DNA from: Ramazzottius varieornatus
Taxonomy: Eukaryota; Animalia; Tardigrada
DNA: 64,000 nucleotides
Direction of reading: 5' to 3'
NCBI GenBank assembly: GCA_001949185.1
Contig: BDGG01000015.1
Span: 935,036-999,035, forward strand
The translations under genes and the position numbers were made by a program. Positions within the stretch are counted from its first letter, which is position 1, and each line of letters starts with the position of its first letter. Positions 60,299-64,000 of the stretch are shown piece by piece. The notes beneath the pieces were generated by a model. That model worked only from the letters and a program-made list of their open reading frames with translations. It had not been told where the DNA came from and searched no databases.

Positions 60299-63200
60299 TC
60301 AAACGTTACCGTCAACGTTCTCTTTCGCTTTGGTGGACCCAAAACGGAAGACTGGAGCGTGGACATTCAAGCCGCTGCTTTTCCAGCCGGAAATACCTTG
60401 GTACTTGTGGACCGTGGCGCCGTTGTTTCCGTTAAAGGACTTGATACTGCGATGGGATTCACTGCTGGCCGGTTCCTCACCGTCGAAGTGACCGCTAGAG
60501 GAGTTTATGAAACCCAGGATCAGGATCGTGTGTTCTTTCTTGGCAGCCGTGATGATGTGGCCCGACTTTGTGCTTACCACTCCACAACTATGACTGACCT
60601 GGAAAAGACACCATTAATATTTCCTCAGTTGAAAAAGATTTCTAAAAACTTCCATGACTGTTTAGTCTTGCTCATAATGCTTACTGGGCTATGAAGCTCT
60701 TTTCGCATCCACACAAGACATTTTCACGCAACAATTTTAAGCAAGTGCGCGATCTCATGTAGAGACCATCATTTTGAATGCTAAAATTCCCACATCGGTT
60801 CGCGCACTTCGTTAAAACTGTTGCGTTTTTTTAATGGAAAACGTCAATTTTCACCGATTTTTTGTTCAGTAGATATGGTACGTTCATTTCGTACCTTGCC
60901 GTCGAGCAAAGCGTGGTAGGACAGAGGGTGGCTGGTTTCAGCATCCCAGACGGAAATGTGGAAGCGATTGAGGTCGGTGTCAGCGATGAGAAGATGACCA
61001 GCGGCGGACACACCCAGTCCGCGCGGATATCGGATGAAGAGACTGCCTTCGGGTGAGGATGGGCCCAGACGCTGAATCATGTGTCCCCAGCTGTCAAAGA
61101 CGCAGACAGAGTGGTCACGGAAGTCGCTAATGTAATGCTTCTGGTTTATGACCACAATGTCCGACGGTTCCACCATCACGCCGTCCAGCGGGAACCAGTA
61201 CACCACACCACCATCTTCCGTCAAGACCACACACGCCGCCGGCTGCACTTCCACCACCACAATCTGCGCAAAAAGAATCAGAACAACTTAGAACGATCCC
61301 GTGCGAGTTCGAGCGATGAAAAACAAACTCAGTAAACTCCAGATGAGACATTCAACGTCAAAATTGCGAGTTATCGCCCACCTGCATACGCCATCCACCG
61401 CACTAGATGCATGATGCATTGTATGAAGGTGCGTGGACAGAAAGGATACTAATTATCTTGGATTCTCAGCTTGTCAAATCGAACAAAATGCGTGTCACAA
61501 CGAGCAAGCTGACTTTCTCAAGTCGCAAACCAAGGTGGCCAGTCAAATAAAGAAGTATAAGCGAAGGCTACCGAGCAGAAAGAGCGCGTTGGCTAACATC
61601 GACATGTTCAAATGACGTTAGTTCACCTGCTGTTTGTAGACAGTCAAGCCGGCAGTCGTCGTGTTCAGCGCCATGCGAAGTCCATGAAGATTACCCAGGG
61701 TGGTCAGGTACTCGCCATCTCGTGTGAAGATCTGGATACGCGAGCAGCCGTTGACGCGATCGCTGACAACGACGTGCTGAGTCTCGGGAATGTAGGCCAC
61801 CTTCCGAGGATGCCACAGCTGACCCTTCTTCACGCCGGGAGAACCCCAGTGGCAACGGTGGCCACCGTCACAATCCACAATCTGAATTCGATGGTTCAAC
61901 GTATCTAGAAAGACATTTTGAAGCAAGACTTCAAACTTTCCATGAGAGTAAAATTTTTTAATCAAACAAAATTCATGTCATCAGATTCTCATACCTGCCA
62001 CAATTATTTCATCGTCATCACCCAAACACAGTCCTTGAGGCATGTTAAATTCCCCTTCGCCATTTCCATATCCGCCGAAGCTTTTCCTAGAAACAAAACG
62101 TAAGAAGTGAGAAGAAGATAATTCAGAAAAAAAGCCGATAAACTTCGGAAAATTTCAGCGAACGTGATTTGCAGTGCTTGTGGGCATTCAGCGGCGGCCA
62201 CGGCGTTCTCCAGGCTTTCCGAAGCGAAGAAGTTCTCGGTAGAAGGTTGGAAGAGGGAGGGTGGGTAATAAGGTCGTGCGCGCTGCTGGACCTCCTGCAC
62301 TCGACCTTCATGGCCATTCTGGACGCTCTTTTGCATACCGTTGCGCGGTCCGCTCACCATTCCCTGCTGACCACGAGGCGCCATCGAGTTGTTGTTGTTC
62401 TTGTGACCGATGGTCCCGGTGAAGTTGGAGTTGTTCTGTCGGTTTCGCGAGTCGAATCTGTTGTAGTTGGTGGGCGGAGAGGCGGCCGCGTTGGCGTATG
62501 GATTCTGCGCCATACCCCCGTCGTAAGACGAGTTGTCCATGTCACCAGCATCACGCATGTCAATACGACCATCTGCAAGAAGAAATATCACCAAGGCTAG
62601 CAGAAGAGAGAAGTTCCCAACACTTTCCCCCAACAAACAATTAAAATCCCGGATCGTTTTCCCAAGTGGCGCGCGTTGGCGGCAGATACTACAGCAACCG
62701 TGCGCCACTTTGGAAAACGCTCTGGTCGACTTTGTTCGGCTACATAGCCAGACCCTGAAAGGGGAGGAGTTGAACGTGCGCGAGACAGCCACCCACGCAC
62801 ACTGCACACAACTGAATGCACACTGCACTTGGCTGCAGCAATATGCGCTTGCTGTGCATGACGTTAACGTAAGAGCCAATGGCAAGCCTTTGCATGAAAT
62901 GATGGCACGCCAGAGGGCGCAACAGGTAAAGACTGCAACTTTTCCTGCTTCGAAACTTCGAATGCAGAGTCAGCTGTTACACTTACATGGATTAGCGTTC
63001 TGGTTCAGAGGCTCAGCTCCTCTTCGTCGGCCCTCGTATCCGTCGCTGGGCGGTGGTGGAAAGCCTCGCCAAGTGCTGACGGCGACGCGGGTGGCTGGCG
63101 GTGGACAGGAACGGTTGGGGCCATGATAGACTTCCGGCAGAGAATGGTTACGAGGGCGACTGGCACCAAAGGGCGCAGCCGCGCTGCTTGGGCGTCGGCC

Positions 63201-64000
63201 AGTACGGGCGTTCCATTGTTCGGCCGCAGCACGTTCAATCTCCACCTGGCTTCGGGCAGAGCAAACAGGAGGCTGGTGAATGGCTGGTAGAGGCATTCGG
63301 TTGTTGCGGAAGAAGTTGCCGCTGAGTTGCTGAGGCGGATTCAGACGATTGACTCCGTTCTGCTGGTGAGGTTGATGATGTAGCAGGAAAGCGGGCTTCA
63401 TTTGTTGTCGCTCTTGCATGGTTTCATTCTCGTCCTTCAGCACACCTTCCACTGGGGACACACAAAGAAACAAGCATCAGCAATGGAATTAGGGCTCGAG
63501 GAAAATGAAAAAGGAAACAAAACACAGACTTTTGAGCTTTCGAGCCAACTGAACCATCTTTTCCATCTCCATGGCCCCGTCGAAGCCGTTGTTGAACGAT
63601 GAGGAGGAAGGAGGGCTTCCCTGGGTCATCAATGCCGGTGAAGGAAGGGCTGAGCTGCCACGGGAAGAGGACGACATCCAGGTAGCGCTGCCCGAGCTGC
63701 TGGACATGCAGGGCGGCCACTGCGACACGTTCTGCGAGACATTGTGGGGAGGAAGTAGCAGGGACGTGGCCGAGTTCAGGCTATTGTTAGTAAAGAGTTG
63801 CTCCTGCGAGCCATGGTTCATGTTGGAGAAGCACAGGGAAGTCACGTTCAAGTCGAGAGAATCGCATGAACTCGCGCGCTGTTCCTTTCTGACATCATCG
63901 CTACCCAAGCCGTTCCACAACAGCCCTCCCAAGCTGCCAATCTGTTCTCGGTACCGTGCCTCACCACCAAAAACCGGATCCTGGAAATAGCCGGAGGGAA
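60299..64000 (-). CDS. mei-P26/Brat-type NHL-repeat protein, truncated at the window edge
   Basis: NHL blades [62 protein letters not shown]...ISDFRDHSV, YPRGLGVSAAGHLLIADTDLNRFHI, KVSHSCG; long N/Q/S-rich N-terminal exons; frame open to 64000. Confidence 0.85.
60726..60826. repeat. 101-bp hairpin/MITE-like element in NHL gene intron
   Basis: 27-bp inverted arms ACGCAACAATTTTAAGCAAGTGCGCGA (24/27); no clear TSD. Confidence 0.7.
61380..61430. repeat. Family B element in NHL gene intron
   Basis: ACCTGCATAC-N31-GTATGAAGGT. Confidence 0.8.
62652..62722. repeat. Family A element with extended arms in NHL gene intron
   Basis: GATCGTTTTCC-CAAGTGGCGCGC-N25-GTGCGCCACTTT-GGAAAACGCTC. Confidence 0.85.

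Noticed and set aside
4341-62711. Family A/B repeats as a CRISPR array or bacterial REP elements
   Set aside because: The context is a spliceosomal-intron eukaryote; units are dispersed inverted pairs, not direct repeat-spacer arrays, and there are no cas or RAYT genes
22317-63990. Long antisense ORFs overlapping DDX10, perilipin, CERK, SLC17 and the NHL gene
   Set aside because: Shadow frames of real coding exons; recurring peptides such as KWRT...VRHL and SGAR...APL are just translations of family A
1-64000. Horizontally acquired genes, tRNA/rRNA genes, autonomous transposases
   Set aside because: None recognisable; all identified genes are intron-containing eukaryotic families

Overview
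Eukaryotic, gene-dense animal DNA: about 22 intron-containing genes in 64 kb, with most GT-AG introns only ~55-100 nt long. A CBM14 chitin-binding gene and an Mp20/myophilin-like gene indicate an invertebrate; the compactness fits a tardigrade-like genome, but that is inference only. Recognisable genes, in order: PTPA, a calponin-family muscle protein, HS2ST1, SUCO, BCAT, DDX10, RALGAPB, MED9, an ARF6-like GTPase, an M13 neprilysin, a CBM14 protein, OSTC, a perilipin, COX18, CERK, TMBIM6/BI-1, an SLC17 transporter and a mei-P26/Brat-type NHL protein running off the right edge. There are also orphan or damaged genes (an RRM+F-box gene with two in-frame TAGs, and a frameshifted BTB/BACK gene). 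The main unexplained signal is non-coding: two unrelated families of ~50-bp fixed-spacing inverted repeats, found almost only in the longer introns. Family A is CAAGTGGCGCAC-N24/25-GTGCGCCACTTG (22 units at 16 loci). Family B is ACCTGCATAC-N29-31-GTATGCAGGT (10 good and 2 degenerate units at 8 loci); its arms and spacer length are conserved while the spacer sequence is not. Seven separate MITE/foldback elements were also found (two hAT-type with 8-bp TSDs, two Tc1/pogo-type with TA TSDs, three unclassified). All gene models and alignments were done by eye, so exon boundaries are provisional.
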